64,000 nucleotides of DNA from Candidatus Firestoneibacteriota bacterium (GTDB taxonomy: Bacteria > Oederibacteriota > D2-FULL-39-29). The stretch is taken from the NCBI GenBank assembly GCA_903928075.1, contig CAIYPD010000096.1:71609-135608 (forward strand), read 5' to 3'. The stretch's first letter is position 1, and each line of letters starts with the position of its first letter. Of this stretch, positions 7,590 through 16,421 are shown one piece after another. The notes below the pieces were generated by a model. That model worked only from the letters and a program-made list of their open reading frames with translations, ran no database searches and was not told where the DNA came from. A program made the translations under genes and the position numbers.

Positions 7590-10001
7590 TCAATTCTCCC
7601 ACTTAATCCCGGCCTCGCTTAGGGACAGGCTTTTACTGCCGCTCTCCAGTTTTGTTCCGCCAAGCATTCCTGCTTCTATAACTTTTCCGGAAGCATCCAG
7701 CCGGACTATCGAAACTAAAGCATCCGTCATGCCACCTTCAAAGATACTTGTGGCCGCCGGCCTTTTATTTTTTTGCGCGTCAAACCTTACAATAATAAGA
7801 TCCGTCCCGCCGCCTTCGCGCGCCACCTTAATACCGTAACCGGGGACAGTCCCCTTTATAGCAAAATTTTCAACCGACTTAACGACATTGCCTTCTTTAA
7901 ACGGCTCGATAACCGCCGCGAAGATTGCCGAATTGCCTGTCCGCCGCAAAACCGCCTTCTGTCTTTCATCCGCGCCGACACCGGTGAAGACCTGCGTTTC
8001 CCCGTCCCCCAGCACTGTTACTTTTATTCTATTTGCTTTATTGCCCTGACTCTTTGTTTCCTTATTGGCGGCGGCTGCCTCCCTGGACCAGATACCTGTC
8101 CAGTTACCGCTTACCGCCTTGGGCTCCTGCACCATAAATAATTTATAGCCCCGCTCTTCCCCCATAGACTTAAGAGCCGAAGAGGTAACGCCTTTCAAAG
8201 CCGCCAGTTCCCCGCGGAAACACAAAGGGTAGTCAAAGGTGTGCTTTGAACTGCCCCGGGCCGCGTACACATCCAAAAAATATCCCGGCATCTGCACTAC
8301 CGTCCGGTCCAGGCCCACGCCCGAAAATGCAGCCGCAGACTGCCCGCGCATTATTTTCACAGACCCGGCGTCATAGAAACCTATAAGCCGCGCGCCGCTT
8401 TTCGCCTGATTTTTTTCGTCCACCGTCAAAGAGAAATGAGCCAGAGTGGTCTTGGTCCACCCTGAATGTCTCGGATCTTCGTAGCGAAAAAACTCAGGTT
8501 CCCCGCAAAGTTCATCGCCGTCCGCAAAAAGAATAAGATTCAGATTATCCGGATGATCGTGCGGCCCGCCTGTCGGCAGTCCGGTCTTAAGCAAGGCATA
8601 GGTAGGGTTCCCGTTTTCCATTCCCCGCATTATGCTGAAACCCAGGCCGTCAAAAATAACGGAACCCAGGCCCTGCATCGTTTTTTCCGGAAGTTCCTCA
8701 TAAATCAGGGTCGGGAAGTAGACCCCTTCAGACTGCTGTATCTGCCTCGGCGCCCCGTTAACCACCGCCCCGTAATTTGGATCCCTAAAACGCAGCCAAG
8801 CGTAATCGTAAGCCCCGGCCATATAATCACCGCCTATATTTACCCGGCCTGAATCATTTATCCCGGGCATCGTACCGTCGGGATAAGCATACCTGTACGA
8901 AGCATCAAACAGGTTTTTTACCCGCGCCTTACTTGTGCTATAGACATCTATCCCCTGCCGGGCAAGCGGTTCCATGCAAAGAATCAGGGCCATACGGGCA
9001 AAATACTGGTACCCGATTGCGCCTTCTTTCCACATCCCGTCGTCTCCGATGCCCCGGGCAATCATCATCCGGGTACCGGCCGCGCCTATATCTATCCAGT
9101 CCTGGTCGCCCATAACAATCCCCGCCTGGACAAAGGCCGCGTTGTAAAAATTGACCCAGTTCCCCATCGCGGCACCCCCTGTTGCCGGCTCCTCGGTTCT
9201 CCAACTCGAGCTCTTGCTGTTTCTCTGCTTAATTTCCGCAGTCGCGTCCCTCTTGCTGTTGATAAATGTTATAGCCGTGCGCAGGAGGTCCTTCTCGATA
9301 AGTTTTTTGTCCGCGTCAGTCATACATTTTGCGTCATAGATCATATCATAGGCCTGAATCAGAGGCAAAAGCCACATCGCTTCGCTCAGGCGCTGAGACA
9401 TAATCTTCCCGGTATCATTTCCGTTAACCCCTTTATGTTCCGCGTAATCTTTCGGATAGAGTTTGGCGTAGCCCACCAGAATCTCCCGCGCCTTTACCGC
9501 ACACTCTTCGTTATCAGTCAACTGGTAGGCCCAGCCCAGGCGCCCCGCAGTATTCGAAAGCCGGTTATGCGCCTTGGCCGCCGGGTCGCCCCGGTCTTTA
9601 GCCTGGGCAGGAACCTTCGGGTCCGGATGGACTATTTTCAATTCCGCCGCGCCGGCTGCTACACCGGCCATGCCATTAAAAGCAGCCAAGCCCCGCTCGG
9701 TCTTCTTCATATCTTCCCGCCATTTGACTATCTCCGCCCGGGACATATAAATACGAGGATGCCCCTGGAGGCCGATCTTAACCGGCATCGTTACCTTAAC
9801 GCTTGAATAGTCGTTGCGCGAGGTGCCGCCCTTCAGGTAAACCGGCGCCTGCATATTTATTTCCGGTAAATCCGCCTTCTCCTGCCCAAAAGACCACTGC
9901 CCGCAAAGGAAAATCAAACCCAGCAGGACTATCCTCGAAAACACCGCCAAACCTTTTTCTTTCTTTTGTCCGTCCCCGCTCTCAAATCGACAGATATGCA
10001 T
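7590..10001 (-). CDS. Heparinase II/III-like polysaccharide lyase family protein (alginate-lyase-like N-domain plus Hepar_II_III C-domain), secreted.
   Basis: GGPHDHPDNLNLILFADGDEL resembles the H-x-H-x-D motif of the Hepar_II_III domain. Size is about 800 aa. A GGAGG ribosome-binding site is present. It is a paralog of the truncated gene at 1..240. Confidence 0.5.
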   Translation of the reverse strand: MHICRFESGDGQKKEKGLAVFSRIVLLGLIFLCGQWSFGQEKADLPEINMQAPVYLKGGTSRNDYSSVKVTMPVKIGLQGHPRIYMSRAEIVKWREDMKKTERGLAAFNGMAGVAAGAAELKIVHPDPKVPAQAKDRGDPAAKAHNRLSNTAGRLGWAYQLTDNEECAVKAREILVGYAKLYPKDYAEHKGVNGNDTGKIMSQRLSEAMWLLPLIQAYDMIYDAKCMTDADKKLIEKDLLRTAITFINSKRDATAEIKQRNSKSSSWRTEEPATGGAAMGNWVNFYNAAFVQAGIVMGDQDWIDIGAAGTRMMIARGIGDDGMWKEGAIGYQYFARMALILCMEPLARQGIDVYSTSKARVKNLFDASYRYAYPDGTMPGINDSGRVNIGGDYMAGAYDYAWLRFRDPNYGAVVNGAPRQIQQSEGVYFPTLIYEELPEKTMQGLGSVIFDGLGFSIMRGMENGNPTYALLKTGLPTGGPHDHPDNLNLILFADGDELCGEPEFFRYEDPRHSGWTKTTLAHFSLTVDEKNQAKSGARLIGFYDAGSVKIMRGQSAAAFSGVGLDRTVVQMPGYFLDVYAARGSSKHTFDYPLCFRGELAALKGVTSSALKSMGEERGYKLFMVQEPKAVSGNWTGIWSREAAAANKETKSQGNKANRIKVTVLGDGETQVFTGVGADERQKAVLRRTGNSAIFAAVIEPFKEGNVVKSVENFAIKGTVPGYGIKVAREGGGTDLIIVRFDAQKNKRPAATSIFEGGMTDALVSIVRLDASGKVIEAGMLGGTKLESGSKSLSLSEAGIKWEN

Positions 10002-10078
10002 TAATAACCTCCGTAAATAGATTTTTATTTTTTTAATTATTTTAGCTGCAAAGCTTTCTATATGCTATTCTTTACCTT

Positions 10079-11404
10079 TTACTTTTCCGTCAAATTCTGC
10101 AGAAGGAGCCCTTTGGGGTCAAAGCGTTTGGCCCATTTTTCGGCTTCCGCCGGCAGTTTTTTTAGTTTATTATCCGCCAAAGAAAGTGTTTTAATATTAA
10201 CCAGCCCCGCAATTTCGGCAGGCAGTATCTCTAAATCATTTTGATTAAGAAGGAGTTCTTCAAGTTTTTTACAGTTTGCGAGCGCGGGAGAAATCTTTTT
10301 GAGGAGCGGATACGGCTGTTTCCTGTCACCATACAAATGCAGGAGGCGCAAAGCTTCAAGTTTTCCTATGGCCTCCGGAAGTTCCGTAACCCCGCCTTCC
10401 TGCAGGTAAAGCGCCACAATCCGTCCGCCTTCCACAACTGAGACACTCTCTACGGTCTTCTTAGTCAGGCCATTGGCATCCAAAATAGCGCGTACGGCCT
10501 GCATATCCGGATGCACTGCCGGTAAAGTTTCGTTAGGCAGAGCCGGTTTAACGGCTTTCACCGCCTCAAGATGAGGTGTTTTGTCGGGTGTAGCAAAGGC
10601 CTCATGCAGTACCAGCAACAATCCTTTGGCAAGCATAGTTTCGCCGGTGGCCAAGTTAGGATGAACATCCGCCGGGTCTTTACTGTATTCCGGGCAAAAA
10701 TTATGCCCGCACCTAAAATCATCGCTCAAAATTTTCCCCATATCATAAAGCGGCACCTTCCCCAGATACCGTTCGCGGACCTTTTCACTGAAGAGGTGCG
10801 ACTTTTCATTTTCATTTGGTTTGGACTTACCCATAAAACCGCCGGTTATATAAATAAAGCGTACCTTCGGAAAATCGGCCTGCAGAGCATCCATCTTCTT
10901 TGCGTAATAATCAAAGGCCTCGGGGAACCCTAAGTCATAATAAATAATAACCGCATCAACAACCTTCCCAAAATTATGCGGCTCGGACCTGAGCAGCTGC
11001 TCCACTTCGTCCACGCGTTTGGTGGGCGGCCAGTGGGTAGCCAAAGAGTGGACAAAATTTACTTTTGAAAATATATCCGGAGGGATTATTCCCGTGTTAC
11101 CTCCCGCCTTGAAAACATCAAAGCGTTTATAAGACGAGAGGAAATCATACTTCTTATCTTTTTTGGCAAGAGCGGCAAAGCCGTTACAGGTGTTTAACCC
11201 GAACGAACGGCTGGCCAGTAATATTTTTTTACGACGGAGCTTTTCCATATCTTCGGCCGTCAGGCTGTCGAAACGGTCTTTAATCGCCTTGGAATCCACA
11301 TAAAGAGGTATAGGTATAGAAACGGTCTCACCCGAAAGAGCACCTGCCGGAATTAAGGCAAAAAAAAGCAGGCCGGAAATAAAAGCCCGTCTGACCGTAA
11401 GCAT
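10079..11404 (-). CDS. Secreted protein with an unknown ~300-aa N-domain and C-terminal leucine-rich repeats.
   Basis: Signal peptide MLTVRRAFISGLLFFALIPAGA. The C-terminus carries LRR units (LEALRLLHLYG, LEELLLNQNDLEILPAEIAGLVNIKTLSLADNKLKKLP). Confidence 0.45.
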   Translation of the reverse strand: MLTVRRAFISGLLFFALIPAGALSGETVSIPIPLYVDSKAIKDRFDSLTAEDMEKLRRKKILLASRSFGLNTCNGFAALAKKDKKYDFLSSYKRFDVFKAGGNTGIIPPDIFSKVNFVHSLATHWPPTKRVDEVEQLLRSEPHNFGKVVDAVIIYYDLGFPEAFDYYAKKMDALQADFPKVRFIYITGGFMGKSKPNENEKSHLFSEKVRERYLGKVPLYDMGKILSDDFRCGHNFCPEYSKDPADVHPNLATGETMLAKGLLLVLHEAFATPDKTPHLEAVKAVKPALPNETLPAVHPDMQAVRAILDANGLTKKTVESVSVVEGGRIVALYLQEGGVTELPEAIGKLEALRLLHLYGDRKQPYPLLKKISPALANCKKLEELLLNQNDLEILPAEIAGLVNIKTLSLADNKLKKLPAEAEKWAKRFDPKGLLLQNLTEK

Positions 11405-11484
11405 ATTAAAAACCCCCGACTTTTTAAAAAATATTTTTTCCTTACTCAAGCCTTATCTGAAATATTTGTTTCTTCCGGCGTAAC

Positions 11485-12750
11485 TTATTTTCCAGTTAAA
11501 ATACTATTAAAGACCTTCCCCATTTCATAACAGGTCAGCGTGCCGAAGATATTCGGCGAATAAGCATGGCGAGTCATTTCAGGCCGGTACCCGGGAAGTT
11601 TCAAGACCGCTTCCACATTCGGCATTGCCAGGCCTCTCCGGTTATGATAATGATTGTAGGCCATTTCGTAAAAAGAAGAGTACCGTACATTGCTGCTTTT
11701 TTTAGGGTCTTTCTTTTGCCACTCCGCAGCCCGGCCCGCCGTTCCTTCAACCGCAAAGAGCAGCCGGTTGTCGAGTATTCCATAAAGATCTATACCCTGA
11801 TGCCAGGCAATTTCTGCCGCCTGCACAAAACCATGCACGCCGCCCTGCTCATGTGCATTGGAGTTACGGCTGACATCGCGGTAACTCTCCTGGGTCCAGC
11901 CGGGTTGCTTTTTATCAGGACTCCAGTTTAAGCCGAGATAAAACGGCAGGCTGCCGTTGGGCGTAATTTCCCCGCGCCCCCGGGCCTGTGCAAACCAGTA
12001 CGGTTCGGCCGCTTGATTTTTTGTCTCCGGCCCTTTTTGGTAATAAGCCACCGCTCTATCAAAAACCCCGTGATCGTCGAGGTAAACGCCCATGGCCATT
12101 ACTGCGACGGTAATGCAGGTATCCCAGTTACCGTTAAAACCCGGGGAAAAATCTTTCATAGCGGGCAGCCAGAATTTGCGCAGTGAAACCGCAAAGTCCT
12201 TTTGTTCGCTTTCTTTCCAATTTTTAGAAGTATATCTGAGGAGCTCCGCCGCCTGCACAAAACCCGTGCACCAGAACGAGCCCACGAGTATATGCTGGTC
12301 GAGTTTTTCTTTGCCTGAAAAATCGGTCAGGCCGGCATAAAGTTTAAGAATCCCTGCCGAATTTTCCGCATATTTTTCCTTTCCGGTCATATACCAGAGA
12401 AGCGCCTGAGCATAAGCGGCCCGGCTGTCTTCCCACGGCCTGGTAGAATTAACATTATAGGAGGCATCTCTAAAACTCACATGAATAACCGGCGGGTCGA
12501 GCGGTTTACCCCCGTTAGGCAGATAATCAAGTTTTCCTGCAGGCGAGTTTTGCAGCGCCGTAAAAGCCGAAAACCAGGGTTCTTCCCGCGCCGTCACCCG
12601 GGCTTTTATATAGTCCAATTCGGCTTTTGAAGTAAAGAGTCCCGGATGCCGGAATTGCCCTGTGGCCGGACTTACCGGAGCGTTACTCTCTGCAAAAAGA
12701 TTCCACAAAGCGGCTATTATAAATAAGTTAATAGAAATTATTTTTTTCAT
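11485..12750 (-). CDS. Alginate-lyase-family-like (alpha/alpha)-toroid polysaccharide lyase, secreted.
   Basis: Signal peptide MKKIISINLFIIAALWNLFA. Overall composition resembles the Alginate_lyase / heparinase N-domain fold. The start ATG overlaps the stop of the upstream FGE gene (TGATG). Confidence 0.35.
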   Translation of the reverse strand: MKKIISINLFIIAALWNLFAESNAPVSPATGQFRHPGLFTSKAELDYIKARVTAREEPWFSAFTALQNSPAGKLDYLPNGGKPLDPPVIHVSFRDASYNVNSTRPWEDSRAAYAQALLWYMTGKEKYAENSAGILKLYAGLTDFSGKEKLDQHILVGSFWCTGFVQAAELLRYTSKNWKESEQKDFAVSLRKFWLPAMKDFSPGFNGNWDTCITVAVMAMGVYLDDHGVFDRAVAYYQKGPETKNQAAEPYWFAQARGRGEITPNGSLPFYLGLNWSPDKKQPGWTQESYRDVSRNSNAHEQGGVHGFVQAAEIAWHQGIDLYGILDNRLLFAVEGTAGRAAEWQKKDPKKSSNVRYSSFYEMAYNHYHNRRGLAMPNVEAVLKLPGYRPEMTRHAYSPNIFGTLTCYEMGKVFNSILTGK

Positions 12751-13646
12751 CAGGGTATAAGCACCAACCGGAAGCCGAGAAAATCTCCGCCGACATGGTT
12801 TTCGGCTATTGTCGTATAAAGCGGATCCTGATAGGCAGACCGGCACTCGCTCCCCTGGGCGTTATAACCGCCGCCTCTGACATTAAGTCTTACGGGAACG
12901 CCTTTCACAAAAGTGTTTGTGCCTCTTATCTCCATTGCCGCAGGGTCGTCAATAGCGCCGGGATCTTTAATGCCCTCCACATAGAGTTCTGTTCCCTTCA
13001 CGGCAAAATCCATGCATAACTCCGCGACATTACCGTGCATATCATATAATCCCCAGGCATTGGGTTTAAACTGTTTAACTTCCATAGTCTTATTTCTCAT
13101 TTTACCTTTCACCCCGCTGCCGTAGGGTTCATAACCGTCAAAATTTGCCATAGTCCAATCCAGGTCCTTGCCAAAGTAAAAGGGCGTCGAGGTCCCCGCG
13201 CGGCAGGCATATTCCCATTCAGCCTCGGTGGGCAGGCGGATTTTTTTACCGGTGGCCTTGCTCAGCCAGCGGCAGAAGGGCACGACCTTGCCTTCGGGCA
13301 TCATAAAGTTTTCAACCGGAAGTTTGGCGCCCGTAAAGCGGCTTTTCCATTTTTTATCGGAGGCAGCGTACTGCTCCTGGGTAACTTCATTTTCGAGAAT
13401 ATAAAAAGCCTTCGTTATAATAACTTTGTGCAGTTTTTCCCCCGTACCGCGCCCTTTTTCGCTTTCCGGACTACCCATCAAAAACGATCCGGCAGGAATA
13501 TAGCAGAAGGTAAACTCGACACCGGCGGCGGTAAGAGTTAATTTACTCCCAGGCTTGGGTTCTTCCCGGGTCTCTGCCGGCAGTACTTGCGCCATAATAA
13601 ATAGGGCAAGAAGAAGTATGATTCCTTGCTGAATTAATTTTCGCAT
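12750..13646 (-). CDS. Formylglycine-generating enzyme (FGE/SUMF1) family protein, secreted.
   Basis: Classic FGE-sulfatase motifs: RLPTEAEWEYACRAG, WGLYDMHGNVAEL, RGGGYN, RSAYQ. Signal peptide and a GGAG ribosome-binding site. Confidence 0.7.
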   Translation of the reverse strand: MRKLIQQGIILLLALFIMAQVLPAETREEPKPGSKLTLTAAGVEFTFCYIPAGSFLMGSPESEKGRGTGEKLHKVIITKAFYILENEVTQEQYAASDKKWKSRFTGAKLPVENFMMPEGKVVPFCRWLSKATGKKIRLPTEAEWEYACRAGTSTPFYFGKDLDWTMANFDGYEPYGSGVKGKMRNKTMEVKQFKPNAWGLYDMHGNVAELCMDFAVKGTELYVEGIKDPGAIDDPAAMEIRGTNTFVKGVPVRLNVRGGGYNAQGSECRSAYQDPLYTTIAENHVGGDFLGFRLVLIP

Positions 13647-13678
13647 AGTAAACTCCTTTCTGCTTTTGTTGATTGCGT

Positions 13679-14947
13679 TCATTTTGCGCCCAGGTCGTAA
13701 CAGATGCCTTCTTTGCGGCTGCGCAGATAGAGGCGGCCGTTACTGAAAGCGGGTGTGCTATAACATCTGCCGTTGATGGCTTTGTCCAGCCGCGCAAAGA
13801 GTTTGAATTCGTTCTTCGCCTCGACAATAATCAACCCTCCCGTTTCGGAGAGGAAAATAAGTTTATCCCCGACCGCGATTCCCCCGCCATTCCCGAGTTT
13901 TTCCTTGGACCAGACAACCTTACCGGAAGCAAACTCAAGGCATTTTAAGGCACCGCCCCAGAGGGAGAGCCCGCCGAATAAATAACCGTCCTTAAAAACC
14001 GCGGTAGCAATCAGCGCCGAGTCTTTGGAGCTGTTGAGCCAGAGACGCTTCGATCGGAAACCCTCGTCTTCTTTAATGACCTGATAAACGCCGGCACCGT
14101 CGGTCCCTACACCGCAATACACCTTATCCTCAACTACAACCGGCTGCATGCAATTATGATTATGATAGGTAACAGCGGAACGCCAGAGCCTTTTACCGTC
14201 TTTGACGGAGAGCCCAAGTACATCGTTTTTCATATAAAAGACCGCCTGCCGTTCGCCGAGAATAGTGGCGATTTTGGGAGTAGAGTAGAGGTGGGCTGCG
14301 TCCTCGGCTTTCCAGACGACTTTGCCGGTGTTTTTATTAAAGGCCATGATAGACTGCCCCGGGCCACCGCCGGCGACAATAACCAGGTCACCTTCGACTA
14401 CCGGACTTTCTGCGTTGCCAAACTGCGGGATGCTGCCCTCATGATCCTTAACCACATCCACGCGCCAGAGTTCCCGGCCGGTCTTTTCCTCAAAACAACA
14501 GAGGCTCAGCTCGGTCGAATAAACATAGACCTTACCTTCATTGACCGTAGGCGTGGACTGCGGACCATAGCCGCCGTAAATTCCGCCTTCCGCATCAGCA
14601 GAACTTTTATATTTTACCCCCGGAATCACCGCCGCCGCCCAGATTTCTTTGCCGGTTACGGCATCCAGGGCGAGACAGAGTTCCGCTAATACGCCTTTAT
14701 CTTCACGGCTGGTCAGGGTAAACGCCTTCCCACCGCTCACGGCAAACGAACCAAAGCCGTCAAGGTTTTCAACCTTCCAGACTGTTTTAGGACCCGCAGG
14801 CGGCCAGAGAGAATTTATTTTTTCTATCGAGACCCCGTCCTGGTTCGGGCCCCGGTACTGCGGCCAGTCAGCGGCTATGCTAATCCGGCTCCCGGTCAAG
14901 AACAGGGCAAAAACTGCCGGCAAAACTGACAGAAATGTTTTTTTCAT
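13679..14947 (-). CDS. PQQ-like beta-propeller repeat protein (second paralog), secreted.
   Basis: Signal peptide MKKTFLSVLPAVFALFLTGS. Repeated ...D-x-x-TG-x-x-x-W motifs (LDAVTGKEIW, FEEKTGRELW, FNKNTGKVVW, VKDGKRLW). Confidence 0.6.
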   Translation of the reverse strand: MKKTFLSVLPAVFALFLTGSRISIAADWPQYRGPNQDGVSIEKINSLWPPAGPKTVWKVENLDGFGSFAVSGGKAFTLTSREDKGVLAELCLALDAVTGKEIWAAAVIPGVKYKSSADAEGGIYGGYGPQSTPTVNEGKVYVYSTELSLCCFEEKTGRELWRVDVVKDHEGSIPQFGNAESPVVEGDLVIVAGGGPGQSIMAFNKNTGKVVWKAEDAAHLYSTPKIATILGERQAVFYMKNDVLGLSVKDGKRLWRSAVTYHNHNCMQPVVVEDKVYCGVGTDGAGVYQVIKEDEGFRSKRLWLNSSKDSALIATAVFKDGYLFGGLSLWGGALKCLEFASGKVVWSKEKLGNGGGIAVGDKLIFLSETGGLIIVEAKNEFKLFARLDKAINGRCYSTPAFSNGRLYLRSRKEGICYDLGAK

Positions 14948-15133
14948 AGATTCCCTTTCACTTCTTTTGATTTAGCAAAGTATGAGTTTGATTATACCAT
15001 TTGTTTCATTTATATCAAATTAAAAATAGAAGGAACGATTATTACAGAAAATCTTTTAAAGCTATACTATTGCAATAAATCTGTAAAAATAGTATCGTAG
15101 ATTACTGACAAACTCTAACCGGAGGTAGGAAAT

Positions 15134-16141
15134 ATGAAAAAGATTCTTCTATTGTCTTGTTTATTGCTGTGTGCGGGTGTTTTTGCCGGCCCCGGGTATC
15201 ATGTGACAAAAACAATACCTATAGGCGGGGAAGGCGGATGGGATTACCTCACTATTGATAGTGAAGCCAGACGGCTCTATGTTTCCCATAGCACACAGGT
15301 AGTTGTTGTGGACCTGGATACAGACAAGATAGCGGGTATAATCCCGGATACCAAAGGTGTCCATGGTATCGCGCTTGCGCCGGAGTTCAACCGCGGTTTT
15401 ATAAGCTGCGGCAGAGCCAATATTGCGGTATTTTTTGATATGAAGACCCTCAAAGTAACCGGCCAGGTGGAAACAGGAAAAAACCCGGACGCTATCCTTT
15501 ATGAGCCGGTAAACAAAATAGTTTTTACCTTTAACGGAACCAGCAAGGATACCACGGTCATAGACGCGGCTTCAGGAAAAGTAGCCGCCACAATTCCTCT
15601 CGGAGGCAAACCGGAATATATGGCCTCGGACGAAACCGGGAAGGTTTATGTAAATATAGAAGACACGAATGAGGTTTGTGAGATTGACGGGAAAAAGCTT
15701 ACCGTCCTGAGAAGATTCTCCCTTAAGCCTGGCGAAGAGCCGACCGGCATAGGCTTTGATAAAAAGCGCAAAAGAATATTTTCCGGCTGTCATAATAAAA
15801 TGATGACGGTGCTTGAGCTCGAATCCGGAAAAATACTCGCCACGGTACCGATAGGCGCCGGGGTTGACGGCAACGGTTTTGACCGGGGCTATGCTTTCAG
15901 TTCAAACGGAGCCGAGGGCAGTTTGACAGTGGCGGGGGAAACTTCGCCGGGGAAATTCGAAGTGTTAGAAACTATCCCTACACAAAAAAGCGCGCGAACC
16001 ATGGCAGTTGACCCGAAAACCCATAATATCTATCTGCCCGCCGCTGAGTTCGGCCCGGCGCCGGAACCGACAAAAGAAAATCCCAAACCGCGGCCGGCCC
16101 CGCTAAAGGGCTCGTTTAAAATAATAGTGGTAGAGCCATAA
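15134..16141 (+). CDS. YVTN-family beta-propeller repeat protein, secreted.
   Basis: Signal peptide; repeated about-40-residue units with a Y-V-(S/T)-N-like pattern (RLYVSHS, KVYVNIED, NIYLP). A GGAGG ribosome-binding site. Confidence 0.5.
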   Translation: MKKILLLSCLLLCAGVFAGPGYHVTKTIPIGGEGGWDYLTIDSEARRLYVSHSTQVVVVDLDTDKIAGIIPDTKGVHGIALAPEFNRGFISCGRANIAVFFDMKTLKVTGQVETGKNPDAILYEPVNKIVFTFNGTSKDTTVIDAASGKVAATIPLGGKPEYMASDETGKVYVNIEDTNEVCEIDGKKLTVLRRFSLKPGEEPTGIGFDKKRKRIFSGCHNKMMTVLELESGKILATVPIGAGVDGNGFDRGYAFSSNGAEGSLTVAGETSPGKFEVLETIPTQKSARTMAVDPKTHNIYLPAAEFGPAPEPTKENPKPRPAPLKGSFKIIVVEP

Positions 16142-16421
16142 AAACAAACTAGAAACAACAAAATTCCGGCTTCAGTTATATATTTATGCTGAAATTCAGA
16201 ACCAACAGATAATTGTCGTTTACGGCATACATTTAAACTATTATTCAATAAAAGCCCCGTTGGACAGCCGGAGGCAAGGTAAAAAAACTGCAGGCATTTG
16301 AATTAAGTTTAGCCGGCCATATACATCCCGTTTCATTTTTTCGGATAATCTTCAAGCAAACTGCCGGATTTGCCAAGCACAATTTTTCTTTATTTCTCCG
16401 GTGGCACCTGAGCCGGAATTA

